Positions 1 through 9,534 of a stretch of 55,137 nt of DNA are shown piece after piece (position 1 is the stretch's first letter; every line of letters begins with the position of its first letter). The DNA is taken from positions 1-55,137 of the forward strand of contig JAZDKI010000002.1 in the NCBI GenBank assembly GCA_043803165.1, read 5' to 3'. The notes under the pieces were generated by a model. That model was given only the letters and a program-made list of their open reading frames with translations. It did not search any database and was not told the DNA's origin. The DNA comes from Candidatus Micrarchaeota archaeon. GTDB taxonomy: Archaea; Micrarchaeota; Micrarchaeia; Anstonellales; Bilamarchaeaceae. Position numbers and translations under genes: made by a program.

Positions 1-2
1 AC

Positions 3-932
3 AAGAGCAACCTGGGCGCGAACGGGATGGTCGCGACATCGATGGCCGTGCTGCGCGCAGCGGCCGCGACGGAGGGCAAGATGCTACACGAATACCTGGG
101 CGGGGAGACCATCCCAATCGCCATGTTCAACATAGTCAACGGGGGCAAGCACGCGGGCAGCGGGTTGGCCATCCAAGAGTTCATGATAATGCCCCAGCAC
201 GGCCTTTTTAGCGAGCGCCTGCGGATGGCGAGCGAGATCTACCATATCCTGGGCAGGCAGCTCACTGATTCTCTCGGGCCTTGCGCAAGGAACGTCGGCG
301 ACGAGGGGGGATTCGCGCCTTCGATCGGCAACACCTATAAGGCGTTGGATGCGATCATGCGCGCGATCGAGGAGGCCGGATACGCCCACATGTGCCCGAT
401 AGCGATCGACGCCGCGGCTTCGTCTTTCTACGACCCTGCCTCCGGCATCTACAAGATAGACGGCAAGGAGCTCAAGGAGGCCGAGCTCGTGGACTACTAT
501 GCCGACCTGGCCAAGGCATACCCGATAAAGAGCATCGAGGACCCGTTCTTCGAGGAGTCCTTCGGCGCATTTAGCGCATTGAAAAAAGAGCTCCCGGGCG
601 TGCAGATCGTGGGCGACGATTTGGTCGTCACAAACGTGTCGCGCCTGAAGCATGCGATAGACGCGGATTCCATATCGGCGCTGCTGCTCAAGGTGAACCA
701 GATCGGCACCGTGACCGAAGCGTTGCAGGCCGTCAAGATGTGCCGCGAGAAGCGGCTGGATATCGTGGTGAGCCACCGCTCAGGGGAGACCGAGGACTGC
801 TTCATAGCCGATTTCGCTGTGGGGATCAACGCCGGGCAGATAAAGACCGGGGCTCCAGCGCGGGGCGAGCGGACCGCGAAATACAACCAGCTATTGCGGT
901 TGGAAGAAAGGATGCTCGCCGCCCAGATGTGA
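3..932 (+). CDS. eno: Enolase, 5'-truncated by the window edge
   Basis: The frame is open from the window start (KSNLGAN). Motifs NGGKHA, IQEFMI, VGDEGGFAP, SIEDPF, VGDDL, LLKVNQIGT, VSHRSGETED, KTGAPARGER are present. Confidence 0.97.
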   Translation, partial: KSNLGANGMVATSMAVLRAAAATEGKMLHEYLGGETIPIAMFNIVNGGKHAGSGLAIQEFMIMPQHGLFSERLRMASEIYHILGRQLTDSLGPCARNVGDEGGFAPSIGNTYKALDAIMRAIEEAGYAHMCPIAIDAAASSFYDPASGIYKIDGKELKEAELVDYYADLAKAYPIKSIEDPFFEESFGAFSALKKELPGVQIVGDDLVVTNVSRLKHAIDADSISALLLKVNQIGTVTEALQAVKMCREKRLDIVVSHRSGETEDCFIADFAVGINAGQIKTGAPARGERTAKYNQLLRLEERMLAAQM

Positions 933-969
933 GCGGCGTTTTGGGGAATCAAAGAAACGCGAAAAAAAC

Positions 970-1449
970 TCAGAGGCCCATCTTGGATCTCATAACTTCG
1001 GCGGCCTCGCTTGCGAGCGTCTTGTCGGCGCCGGCATCTACGAGGATCTTAAGGAGCGCCTTGATATCGTCGAGCTCGCGGCCGCTCGCGAGTGGAATGC
1101 GGTATTCCTGCTCGAACCTCTCGTCGCCGTTGCCGGCCCTCTCCAGGCTTATCCTGACATACCTGTCCGCAAGCAGCATGACCGCGGTCTTCCCGAGGGA
1201 CAAGGCGTTAGGGTTCGCGTCCATGCCGAGCATCTCACTGAGCAAATTCGCATCAAGCCTCTCGACCGCGCTGAACATCTCTGAACCGAGCAGCTTCTGG
1301 ATAACCCGAGGATTCAAAAAATTCGGAGGATCCGGCTTCTTCGCCGCGCTCGCAAGTCCCTCTGAGAGGTGGTTCTTGGAAGAGAGCGCCGCTTCGGGCG
1401 GCTTCGCGACAACAGCACCTTTTTCCGGAGTTACGAGTTTCCTGGTCAT
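970..1449 (-). CDS. Hypothetical protein (159 aa)
   Basis: ORF fills the gap between eno and the AAA gene, with an AT-rich TATA-like region upstream. No family recognised. Confidence 0.6.
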   Translation of the reverse strand: MTRKLVTPEKGAVVAKPPEAALSSKNHLSEGLASAAKKPDPPNFLNPRVIQKLLGSEMFSAVERLDANLLSEMLGMDANPNALSLGKTAVMLLADRYVRISLERAGNGDERFEQEYRIPLASGRELDDIKALLKILVDAGADKTLASEAAEVMRSKMGL

Positions 1450-1478
1450 ATGATCATCCTGTCGATATATGTGCGCCG

Positions 1479-1545
1479 AACTGTTTTTAAATATGTGTAT
1501 TTTAGTGTAAAATAGAGGTAGAGTATCCTATAAAAATCTAACTCT
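1479..1545. promoter_or_regulatory. AT-rich divergent promoter region with TATA-like boxes
   Basis: TTTTTAAATAT (~1484-1494) and CTATAAAAA (~1528-1536) lie between divergent starts at 1449 and 1582 in an otherwise GC-rich genome. Confidence 0.5.
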
Positions 1546-1581
1546 ATATCACTAATCACACAGCCAGAGCAGAGTGGACAC

Positions 1582-3321
1582 ATGGCAGACCGGAAGCCGA
1601 ATCCTACAGACGCGAAGACCTATTACCAGGCAGGCAACGACTTCTACGAGAAGGGGGACTACGACCGGGCCATCGAGAACTACAACATGGCCATCCTGCT
1701 GAATCCCGTCTTCTCAGAGGCTTATTTCAACCGCGCGCTGTCCTACTACCAACTGAAGAACTTCGACAAATCCGTCGCGGATTACACGAAATCAATGGAG
1801 CTCGACCCCCAGAACCCGATCATATTCAACAACCGGGGAGACGCCTTCTACCGCAAGCAGGACTTCCAGAGCGCCATCAAGGATTATGACAAGGCCATCC
1901 AATTGAACCCGAATTACCTCAAAGCCTTCTACAACCGGGGCCTGTCCTACGCCTCGGTTGAAGAATACGAGAAGGCGGTGGAGGATTTCAGCAAGGTCGT
2001 CAAGATAAAGCCGGATTTCGCAGAGGCATACCACCTGCGGGGCCTGGCATACGAATACGCGGGGACAATGTCCAGCGCGGTGGCCGACTACGAGAAGACC
2101 CTCCAGCTCAACCCGGAACTCACAGAAGCCAAGACCCACCTGGACGGGGCAAAGGCCAAGAAGGACCAGGAGGGGAAAGGGGGCGGCGCGGAGGGAGGCA
2201 CCGCGGACATAAAGATGCTCTCCAAGCCCAACATGACCTTCAACGACGTCGCGGGCATGGCGAAGATGAAAGAGGAGATACGCGAGGCCGTCGTCTATCC
2301 GATGAGGAACCCGGAGCTCGCGAGAAAATACGGCAAGCTGGGCGGCGGAGGCATCCTGATGTACGGCCCGCCCGGGTGCGGCAAAACTTTCATCGTGAAA
2401 GCCGCGGCAGGCGAATGCCAGTCCGGCTTCCTCAACGCGAAACTGTCCGACCTGCTCGACATGTACGTGGGCAACACGGAAAAGAACATCCACAAGGTCT
2501 TCGAGCTCGCGCGCAAGAACACCCCGTGCCTGCTCTTCTTCGACGAAGTCGAGGCTATCGGAGGGCGCCGCGACCAGCAGGAGGGCCAGCAGTATATGAA
2601 GATGGCCGTCAACCAGATGCTCTACGAGATGGACGGTGTCGAGGCCAACAACCAGAACGTGCTCATCATCGCCGCGACCAACGCGCCGTGGGATGTCGAC
2701 CCGGCGCTGCGGCGTTCGGGGCGTTTCAGCAAGACGATATACGTCCCGGCCCCTGACTACGTCTCCCGCGTGGCCATATTGAAGATGCATGCCAAGAAGC
2801 GCCCGCTCGGCGGATTCATACCCTTCTCGCTGCTCGGCCTGGCCACCCTGGGCTACGCTTCAGCCGACCTGAAGGCGATCGTCGATGACGCCGCCACCAT
2901 CCCCTGGAGGCAGGCGTTCATGGGGATCGAGAAGAAGGCCGAAGGGTTCATCAAAGGCGGCATGGCCAAAGAGCAGGCTGAGGACCTGGCCAAGAAGCAG
3001 GTGGCCCAGCGCGCCGTCACATTGGGCGACTTCGTGACCGCGGTCGGCAAGAAGCGCTCGTCTCTGCCCCCATGGTACGAACAGGCCAAGAAGCAGATCG
3101 GCAAGCAGGAAGAGGTCACGATAGTAGACGGAAAGGAGCACAAGAAAGTCACAGACAGCAAGATGGGCCCCGGCGAAAAGGAAGCGTTCAAGGACCTCCT
3201 GGGCGTGATCAACGGCAGGAGCCAGTGGTACTACAAGGCGTACATAGGCATAGTCAAAGAGGTGCTGCTCCTGATCGGGAAGATCGTCGTGTTCGTCACA
3301 GAGGCCGGCAGGATCGGATGA
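1582..3321 (+). CDS. TPR-repeat-containing AAA+ ATPase (CDC48/Vps4-like clade)
   Basis: About 5 TPRs (AYFNRALSYY, IFNNRGDAFY, AFYNRGLSY), then Walker A GPPGCGKT, Walker B LLFFDE and SRH ATNAPWDVDPALRRSGRF. Confidence 0.9.
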   Translation: MADRKPNPTDAKTYYQAGNDFYEKGDYDRAIENYNMAILLNPVFSEAYFNRALSYYQLKNFDKSVADYTKSMELDPQNPIIFNNRGDAFYRKQDFQSAIKDYDKAIQLNPNYLKAFYNRGLSYASVEEYEKAVEDFSKVVKIKPDFAEAYHLRGLAYEYAGTMSSAVADYEKTLQLNPELTEAKTHLDGAKAKKDQEGKGGGAEGGTADIKMLSKPNMTFNDVAGMAKMKEEIREAVVYPMRNPELARKYGKLGGGGILMYGPPGCGKTFIVKAAAGECQSGFLNAKLSDLLDMYVGNTEKNIHKVFELARKNTPCLLFFDEVEAIGGRRDQQEGQQYMKMAVNQMLYEMDGVEANNQNVLIIAATNAPWDVDPALRRSGRFSKTIYVPAPDYVSRVAILKMHAKKRPLGGFIPFSLLGLATLGYASADLKAIVDDAATIPWRQAFMGIEKKAEGFIKGGMAKEQAEDLAKKQVAQRAVTLGDFVTAVGKKRSSLPPWYEQAKKQIGKQEEVTIVDGKEHKKVTDSKMGPGEKEAFKDLLGVINGRSQWYYKAYIGIVKEVLLLIGKIVVFVTEAGRIG

Positions 3322-3415
3322 CCTCTCCGCGTCCGCTTTTCCCGTCCTTATCCCCCCGATCCTTCATGGCAGATGATAGGCGTCGATTTTTATTGTTTGT
3401 TTAAGATCACTCAGC

Positions 3416-4606
3416 ATGTCTCTGCTCATCAAGGACGGGAATGTGTTCCTCGGCGATAGGTTCGACAAGAGGGATATCCTGATAGAAGAAGGCAGGATAT
3501 CCGCTATCGGCCGCGCGATGGGCGCGGAGGACCGCATCGACGCCTCAGGCATGCTCGTCCTTCCCGGCCTGATAGACCCCCATGTGCATCTGCGGGAGCC
3601 GGGGAACACATACAAGGAGGATTTCACGACCGGGAGCAGGGCCGCGATCGCAGGGGGGTTCACCACAGTGATCGATATGCCCAACAACTCCGTTCCGACC
3701 ACCACCAAAGGACGGCTCGAGGAGAAGATCGCGCTCGCCAAGAAGAAGGCAATCTGCGACGTGCTCTTCCATTTCGGGGCCACAGACGACAATTTCGCGG
3801 AGGTCAAGAAGGCGGATCCTGCTTCCATGAAGATGTACCTAGGCCGCACAACCGGCAAACTGATGCTCAAGAAGCCGGACTCGATGGAGAGGCACTTCGC
3901 AGCATTCCCCAAAGACCGTCCGATAGTCCTCCATGCGTGCGACGATTCTCCGGACGAGGAGGAGAATCTCAAAAAGACATACGCGACCCTCGAGAGCGCG
4001 GTCGCCGCCGCCTCCAAGTGCGGCCGGAGGATACACCTCGCGCACGCGTCCACCAAAAAGGAGATAACGATAGCCAAGAAATACCCGAGATGCACGATCG
4101 AGGTCGCCCCGCACCACCTGTTCCTTTCATCGAAGGACGAGCAACGCCTCGGCCCATACGGGAAGGTGTTCCCCCCGCTGCGCAGCGAGCAGAAAAGGCT
4201 GATGCTGCTCAGCGCGGTCGAGATGGCCGACTGCATCGCGACCGACCACGCCCCGCATACGATCGAGGACAAGGAGCGCGGGGCCGCAGGGTTCCCGGGG
4301 CTCGAGACCAGCCTCGCGTTGATGCTGACCGCGTGCAGGCAGGGTCTTCTGGATAAGATATGGGTGGCGCAACGGATGACCCAGAACCCGGCCGATATCT
4401 TCGGCATCAAAGGCAAGGGGCGCATCAGCGAAGGCGCGATAGCCGACATCACGATAGTGGATCCAAAAAAGAGGTGGCGCGTGCATGGCTCGGACCAGGA
4501 GACCAAATGCAGATGGTCGCCCTATGACGGGATGGAACTGACCGGAAAGGTCCACACCGTGATCAAAAACGGGAAAAAATTATACGAGAAGTATCAGTTC
4601 GTCTGA
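3416..4606 (+). CDS. pyrC: Dihydroorotase (amidohydrolase family)
   Basis: PGLIDPHVHLREPG, AAIAGGFTTVIDMPN, EVAPHHL, PPLRS, IATDHAPH, GFPGLET. Confidence 0.88.
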   Translation: MSLLIKDGNVFLGDRFDKRDILIEEGRISAIGRAMGAEDRIDASGMLVLPGLIDPHVHLREPGNTYKEDFTTGSRAAIAGGFTTVIDMPNNSVPTTTKGRLEEKIALAKKKAICDVLFHFGATDDNFAEVKKADPASMKMYLGRTTGKLMLKKPDSMERHFAAFPKDRPIVLHACDDSPDEEENLKKTYATLESAVAAASKCGRRIHLAHASTKKEITIAKKYPRCTIEVAPHHLFLSSKDEQRLGPYGKVFPPLRSEQKRLMLLSAVEMADCIATDHAPHTIEDKERGAAGFPGLETSLALMLTACRQGLLDKIWVAQRMTQNPADIFGIKGKGRISEGAIADITIVDPKKRWRVHGSDQETKCRWSPYDGMELTGKVHTVIKNGKKLYEKYQFV

Positions 4607-5298
4607 TCAAAGCCCTTCTTCGAATCAGCGGATCTCATCGTCCTGAGGCCGACCGCGGCCAGGCCGATTCCGGCGACTAAAGCGATGCCGTCGCTCGCCA
4701 TCTTCCATCCGAGGCTGAGATCGGCGCCTATCTGGTTCAGCAGACCGCCCATGCCAAGCTGGCTCATAGCGCTGACTACCCCAAAAATCCCGACGCCTGT
4801 CAAAGCTCCGCCCAGGATCTTTTTTGCCTTCATGCCTAAGGAGATCGTATCAGTGAGGATGTCATTTACGGGCTTGTAGATGACTGCTGCCATCAGGCTT
4901 CCCGCCCCGACGGTCATGCCCCACGCATTCCCTGCAAGGATCATCACAGAGCCTGCTATGAAGCCAGCCCCTGCGATCATGCTCGAGATCGCAGTTTCCG
5001 CCTTGGTCGCTATGGACTTTGAGATAGGCAGGATGATCTCGCGGGTAACCGATGTGAATGTGGCCAGCAGGCTTAGAAACGAGACCCCGATCATACCGGT
5101 GGTATAGGCGGAAGACGTCCCCGAGTACGATGCCTGGACCGCCGCCGCACCGCTCACGGCCATAGCCGTGCCATAAGCGCAGGTCTGCGGACACTTCTTC
5201 ACAGCGTCCTTGAACCTTGCCCATATCCTAGGCTTAGCTTCCTGCATACTCGGCTTAGCTTCCTGCAGATTTGATTTGCCTTCGAGATTATGATTCAT
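4594..5298 (-). CDS. Hypothetical multi-pass membrane protein
   Basis: Several Gly/Ala-rich hydrophobic helices. No family recognised. Confidence 0.65.
   Translation of the reverse strand: MNHNLEGKSNLQEAKPSMQEAKPRIWARFKDAVKKCPQTCAYGTAMAVSGAAAVQASYSGTSSAYTTGMIGVSFLSLLATFTSVTREIILPISKSIATKAETAISSMIAGAGFIAGSVMILAGNAWGMTVGAGSLMAAVIYKPVNDILTDTISLGMKAKKILGGALTGVGIFGVVSAMSQLGMGGLLNQIGADLSLGWKMASDGIALVAGIGLAAVGLRTMRSADSKKGFDQTN
5231..5267. repeat. In-frame tandem duplication, period 21 bp (GGCTTAGCTTCCTGCA x2; encodes QEAKP twice)
   Basis: Copies at 5231-5246 and 5252-5267. Confidence 0.85.
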
Positions 5299-5387
5299 GT
5301 TATCAGCATGATAATTGTGTATAAAACTGTTTAAAAATGTATGCTCTAGCCGCTAGGGCCCGGATGTAAAAGAAATGAGAAAAAGAA

Positions 5388-5837
5388 TCAGGATACCTTC
5401 TCTATCCTGACTTTCGCGACGCCATCCGAATAGACCGAGCTGATATTGAGCCTCATCCATCCTGCCGGCGTCCCCGCCCCGGCCAGTTCGTGCGGGTTCA
5501 CGATCGGGTATTTCACGATGTCGTTGACCGGATGCGGCCCGTCAGGGGTATTTAGCACCATCACGACCTCGCCCCCCCGCCCCGAAGCCACCGTCTCCAG
5601 CGAAACGACGTTCGGCGGGATATACACGTCTGTCACTATCGATGTGTCGGTCCCGAGGCTCCCCACCGAATTGGCGAGCGACGATATCCTAGTCACCGCG
5701 AGCTCCGCCTGGTATGTGCCTATCTGCTGGTTGGCCTTGCTCGCTTCCATGTACACAAGCACAAGGAGCGGGATGAATATCAGAAGGACCAGCGCGACGA
5801 TCACCAGAAGCTCTGTGCTTACCTGCCCTTTCATCAA
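5388..5837 (-). CDS. Class III signal peptide (archaeal type IV pilin-like) protein
   Basis: N-terminus MKGQ-VSTE-LLVIVALVLLIF: KG/Q cleavage motif, E at +5, then a hydrophobic helix. Confidence 0.8.
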   Translation of the reverse strand: MMKGQVSTELLVIVALVLLIFIPLLVLVYMEASKANQQIGTYQAELAVTRISSLANSVGSLGTDTSIVTDVYIPPNVVSLETVASGRGGEVVMVLNTPDGPHPVNDIVKYPIVNPHELAGAGTPAGWMRLNISSVYSDGVAKVRIEKVS

Positions 5838-5847
5838 AATCCCTCCC

Positions 5848-6939
5848 TCAATGAGCGTGAACGGTCCTGGGTTTTTGCCTGCGCATCTCCTTCTTCTTCC
5901 GCAGAACCTCGTTGACCTCGTTCGCCATCTCGTCGATGGCCTCTTTCAGGTCCCCCCTCTCGAGTTTCAGCGATACGTGCCCTTCGTCGGTGTCGAAAAA
6001 GACGTTCAAAGCGTAGGTCGATTTGCCTTCTTTCACATGGAAGCTGCAGTTGCGGACATTCATGCTGCGCCCGAACCTCTCGAACACCCTGCCCAGCTTG
6101 AGCTGGATGCGGTCGAACTGGGGTGCGTTCTCCTCTCCCAGGCCCGATATCTGGATCGGGAAAGCCTCCTGCGACTGCGCCTGGATGATCCTGAAGATAT
6201 CCGTCGCGGATACCACTCCGAGCGGCCTGCTGTCAGAGACGATCACGACATGCGATACCTGCTTGTCGATCATCTTCCGCACAGCATCGTCCAGAGAGCA
6301 CCCCTTCTCCACTATCGTCATGTCCGGCCTCAGGAAGCTGGAGATGCACATCGTATCCACGTTTATAGGTTCCGAGTGCTTGATATCCTTCCTGCCCCCC
6401 GGCAGGTTCTGCCTGGCGCTCCAACCCCCAACATCGAACGTCGAAGCGGTGCCGATGAGCTTGCCTTTCCTCATGACAATCAGCCTGTGGGCCTTGTTCT
6501 CCTTCAATATGCCCTTGGCATCGGCGATGGTCTGGTTCTCGTCGATCGTGAAGACCGGCGTGCTCATGACGGATGTGATATCCACTTTCGGCACCATGCT
6601 CTCGACCAGCATCTCCTTTAGCAGCTCGACCCTGGTGGTGACGCCCAAAGGGGCCTTCCTCTCGTCAACGACCGGAAGCGCCCTGAAGTGGCCGACCAGG
6701 AACGCCTCGACGCGCTCCATCAGGCCCGCGTTCTCGAGCAGGATGGGCGGCTTCGCGATCACGGTCTCGCATTTGACGTTCTCGGGGTTCCTGATCCCGG
6801 GGCTGAGGCTCCGGTGGTCGATGATCCCGAAATACTTGCCGTTCTTGGTCACTATCACAGCCGGCGACACATCTAGCTCGGAAAGGGCCTTCGAGAGCGA
6901 ATCCGAACCGTCCAAAACCATCGTATGCTTGATTTCCAT
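5848..6939 (-). CDS. 4xCBS domain protein with a C-terminal HPF/RaiA-like domain (candidate ribosome hibernation factor)
   Basis: CBS motifs (ALPVVDE..LGVTTRVELL, RLIVMRKGKLIG, VVIVSDSRPLGVVSATDI). The C-terminal ~100 aa has a beta-alpha-beta-beta-beta-alpha pattern ending DLKEAIDEMANEVNEVLRKKKE. Confidence 0.75.
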   Translation of the reverse strand: MEIKHTMVLDGSDSLSKALSELDVSPAVIVTKNGKYFGIIDHRSLSPGIRNPENVKCETVIAKPPILLENAGLMERVEAFLVGHFRALPVVDERKAPLGVTTRVELLKEMLVESMVPKVDITSVMSTPVFTIDENQTIADAKGILKENKAHRLIVMRKGKLIGTASTFDVGGWSARQNLPGGRKDIKHSEPINVDTMCISSFLRPDMTIVEKGCSLDDAVRKMIDKQVSHVVIVSDSRPLGVVSATDIFRIIQAQSQEAFPIQISGLGEENAPQFDRIQLKLGRVFERFGRSMNVRNCSFHVKEGKSTYALNVFFDTDEGHVSLKLERGDLKEAIDEMANEVNEVLRKKKEMRRQKPRTVHAH

Positions 6940-6999
6940 AAATCCCCACGACTCGCACTGTTGTTAAAATATATAAACCAATTAGGTATATAAACGATT

Positions 7000-7716
7000 A
7001 TGGCGAACCAGTTGCAGCTTACGTCATTCCAGTCGTTCTCCTCTTTCGAGACGATGGTCTCGAAGCCCACCTGGAAAGACATACTTTTAGACCTGATCGC
7101 CTCCAACCGCGTGGACCCGTGGAACATCGACATCGTCTCTTTGGCCGATGCCTTCATCAAGAGGGTGCGCGAGATGGAGAAGATGGATTTCGTGCTCCAG
7201 GCCAATGTCATCCTCGCGGCCTCCATCCTGTTGAAGTACAAGAGCGAGTGCCTCAAGGCGCTGAGCTACCAGAGCGAGCTTCCTGAATACGGGGAGGGCG
7301 AGACATTGCAGCCGACGATCGAGGAGATCCCCTCGCTCACGTTATCCTCAAGGATCCCCCCGAGGAGGCAGGTGACACTGGAGGAGCTTATAGGCGAGAT
7401 GGAGCGCATAATCAAATACGACGACGCCGACCGGATCCGCGTCCCGCGGGGCTCGATAACGGAGATCGTGGACCTGGACCTGGGCGAGCATGATATCGGA
7501 AAGGATATGGTGCGGGTGCTGGACCTTGTGAAGCAGAACGCCGATCCGCAGGGCTGGGCGCTTTTCTCCAGGCTGGTCGAGGGCAAGGACATGCGCGAGA
7601 AGGTATATACGCTCCTGCTCCTCCTGCACCTGGTCTGCGACGGCGAATTGGATATCAGGCAGGACGAGATGTTCGGAGAGGTATTCCTGTTTCTGGAGAA
7701 TAAGGGATCCAAGTGA
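7000..7716 (+). CDS. scpA: Segregation and condensation protein A (kleisin)
   Basis: DPWNIDIVSLADAF, ANVILAASILLKYKS, VTLEELI, C-terminal LLLLHL..G.LDIRQDEMFGEV. Confidence 0.9.
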   Translation: MANQLQLTSFQSFSSFETMVSKPTWKDILLDLIASNRVDPWNIDIVSLADAFIKRVREMEKMDFVLQANVILAASILLKYKSECLKALSYQSELPEYGEGETLQPTIEEIPSLTLSSRIPPRRQVTLEELIGEMERIIKYDDADRIRVPRGSITEIVDLDLGEHDIGKDMVRVLDLVKQNADPQGWALFSRLVEGKDMREKVYTLLLLLHLVCDGELDIRQDEMFGEVFLFLENKGSK

Positions 7717-7741
7717 AAAAGAGAGATATAAAATAAAAAGA

Positions 7742-8122
7742 TTACTCGATGACCGTCGATCCCGGCTTCACCTTCGGCTTAGATTTGACGATCTTCACGT
7801 TAGCCGGGGTGAGCAGGATCATCTCGTGCGAGAGCAGCGCGATGTCTCCATTGACCCTGTTCGTGTGCGTCTTCAATTTGGAGATTATCCCCTTGAGCCT
7901 GTTCGGCTGCTTCGAGAGCGGGAGCACGTTGAGGATTATGATGTTCTTCGCACCGAGTTCCTTCACGGCCATGTCGCCGTCGCCTTCGTTCCGCAGGTCG
8001 ACCCTCTTCACATAGAAGTCCGCTGGCGGGCTCACGACGTCCCCTTCGCTTTGCATGATCTCTTCCAGGTCAGGCACTTCCGGTTCTTCGTTCTTCCCTA
8101 AAATCTTGTCGAAAAGTCCCAT
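7742..8122 (-). CDS. sepF: Archaeal cell division protein SepF
   Basis: N-terminal amphipathic MGLFDKILG, then a core with NIIILN...GDIA..SHEMILLTPANVKI. Confidence 0.85.
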   Translation of the reverse strand: MGLFDKILGKNEEPEVPDLEEIMQSEGDVVSPPADFYVKRVDLRNEGDGDMAVKELGAKNIIILNVLPLSKQPNRLKGIISKLKTHTNRVNGDIALLSHEMILLTPANVKIVKSKPKVKPGSTVIE

Positions 8123-8213
8123 TATACCACCAATTGCATGGAATATCTATTGCTCAACTTTATAGCAATCGATTTTTAAATCTGTTCCGGTCGGAGCGGG
8201 GATTTCCAACCGC

Positions 8214-8780
8214 TCATCCGACCTTCTTGAACGCGAGTATGCCCCTTTCCGTCCTGAAGAACTCGTAGCCTTCCGATAGGTAGAGCTTCTCGAGCATGCT
8301 CCCGGCCTCGGTGATGTAGTCTGCGATATCCCCCTTGGGGATGTCCTCGTATAAGTAGCCGATCGCGTACCTGAGGCCGGACCGCGAAACCTCGCGCTCC
8401 CTTTCGGTGAGCAGTATCCTCCTGATGCCCCTGCCCTCGTATGCGAGCAGGACCGCAGGATCCTCCATATACAATGCGTTCGGCTCCCCGCTCCCTATCC
8501 TCTTATCCTCCAGGTCCAGCTTGGCCGGCCACGCGAGGCCTATCCCGACTATCATGCGGTTCACAGTAGCCCCGAAGCTCTTGCCATAGGCGATGATGTT
8601 GCCCACCTCAGCGTCCGTGACATCGAAGGCGCATTTGCGCATGACCTTGACGCAGTCCTCCACGTCGTCGGCATCCAGCCTCTTGATCTCCACCTCATCC
8701 TCATCGAGGAGATGGACGAATCTCATCTTCGGGGCTTCGGCTTCCTTCTCCTTCTTCTCGCTCTGCTTGAACGATTCCAT
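8214..8780 (-). CDS. GNAT family N-acetyltransferase
   Basis: Acetyl-CoA motif AV..AYEGRGI and LYLSEGYE. The ATG at 8780 follows the upstream gene's stop. Confidence 0.7.
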   Translation of the reverse strand: MESFKQSEKKEKEAEAPKMRFVHLLDEDEVEIKRLDADDVEDCVKVMRKCAFDVTDAEVGNIIAYGKSFGATVNRMIVGIGLAWPAKLDLEDKRIGSGEPNALYMEDPAVLLAYEGRGIRRILLTEREREVSRSGLRYAIGYLYEDIPKGDIADYITEAGSMLEKLYLSEGYEFFRTERGILAFKKVG

Positions 8781-8785
8781 CTTGC

Positions 8786-9121
8786 TCACATAAATCGGGT
8801 GTTGCACGCAGGGCACTGCGTGAGCATGCTCTCCATCTTATAGTTGCATATTGGACATACGTAGAAGGTTTTATTAGCCCTCTCGAGCTCGGCCTCGAAG
8901 TCGAAGAAGCACTTGACGCATTTGCGCACATCCAGCTCGTTGGGCGTATTGCACCTGGGGCACGTCCTCCTGAACATGCTCTTGATGCGCACCCCGCATT
9001 TGGGGCAGCGCTCCATCGCGAGGTTTATCTTCTCCCCGCAGTTGGGGCAGCTCTGCACCTGGGACTTCCGAGATGAGGGAGACCCCTTCACCATATTATT
9101 GAGTATATCCCCTAGCCCCAT
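8786..9121 (-). CDS. Multiple (double) zinc-ribbon protein
   Basis: Six CxxC motifs: CPNC, CPKC, CPRC, CVKC, CPIC, CPAC. Confidence 0.85.
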   Translation of the reverse strand: MGLGDILNNMVKGSPSSRKSQVQSCPNCGEKINLAMERCPKCGVRIKSMFRRTCPRCNTPNELDVRKCVKCFFDFEAELERANKTFYVCPICNYKMESMLTQCPACNTRFM

Positions 9122-9173
9122 ACGGCGTTACTTCGGGCGTGAGCCATATAAACGTTTCCGCAGAAGCCTGGAT

Positions 9174-9491
9174 GTGGACAATCCCCAGCTGAGCCCGATA
9201 AAGCGCCTGCGCCACCTGCTCACATCAGGGAACCTCTGGCTCTACATCCTCTCATTGATCAAGCGCGACGGGGAGCTCTATGCCTATGCCCTGGACGAGC
9301 AGATCGAAAAGGAGTTCATGTTCCGCCCGAACAAGGTCATGATATACATCGTGCTTTACCGGCTGGAGGCCGAAGGGCTGATCGCATCGCGCTTCCAGGA
9401 GAGGAGGAAATACTACAAGATCACCAAGAAGGGCGAAGAGGCCCTCGGGTCCGCGCGCGGCTATTTCAAGATGCTCGCATCAAGGCTCTGA
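9174..9491 (+). CDS. PadR family transcriptional regulator
   Basis: LYILSLI..GELYAY, IYIVLYRLEAEGLI, RRKYYKITKKGEEAL. GTG start at 9174 is inferred. Confidence 0.88.
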   Translation: MDNPQLSPIKRLRHLLTSGNLWLYILSLIKRDGELYAYALDEQIEKEFMFRPNKVMIYIVLYRLEAEGLIASRFQERRKYYKITKKGEEALGSARGYFKMLASRL

Positions 9492-9534
9492 ATCCGCAAT
9501 CCGCTTATAATCTTTCATGGAGATGTAGCACCCG

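Noticed and set aside
5388-5837. Pilus or secretion locus linked to the giant protein
   Set aside because: A single pilin-like gene 30 kb away, with no assembly ATPase or TadC-like gene in the window.
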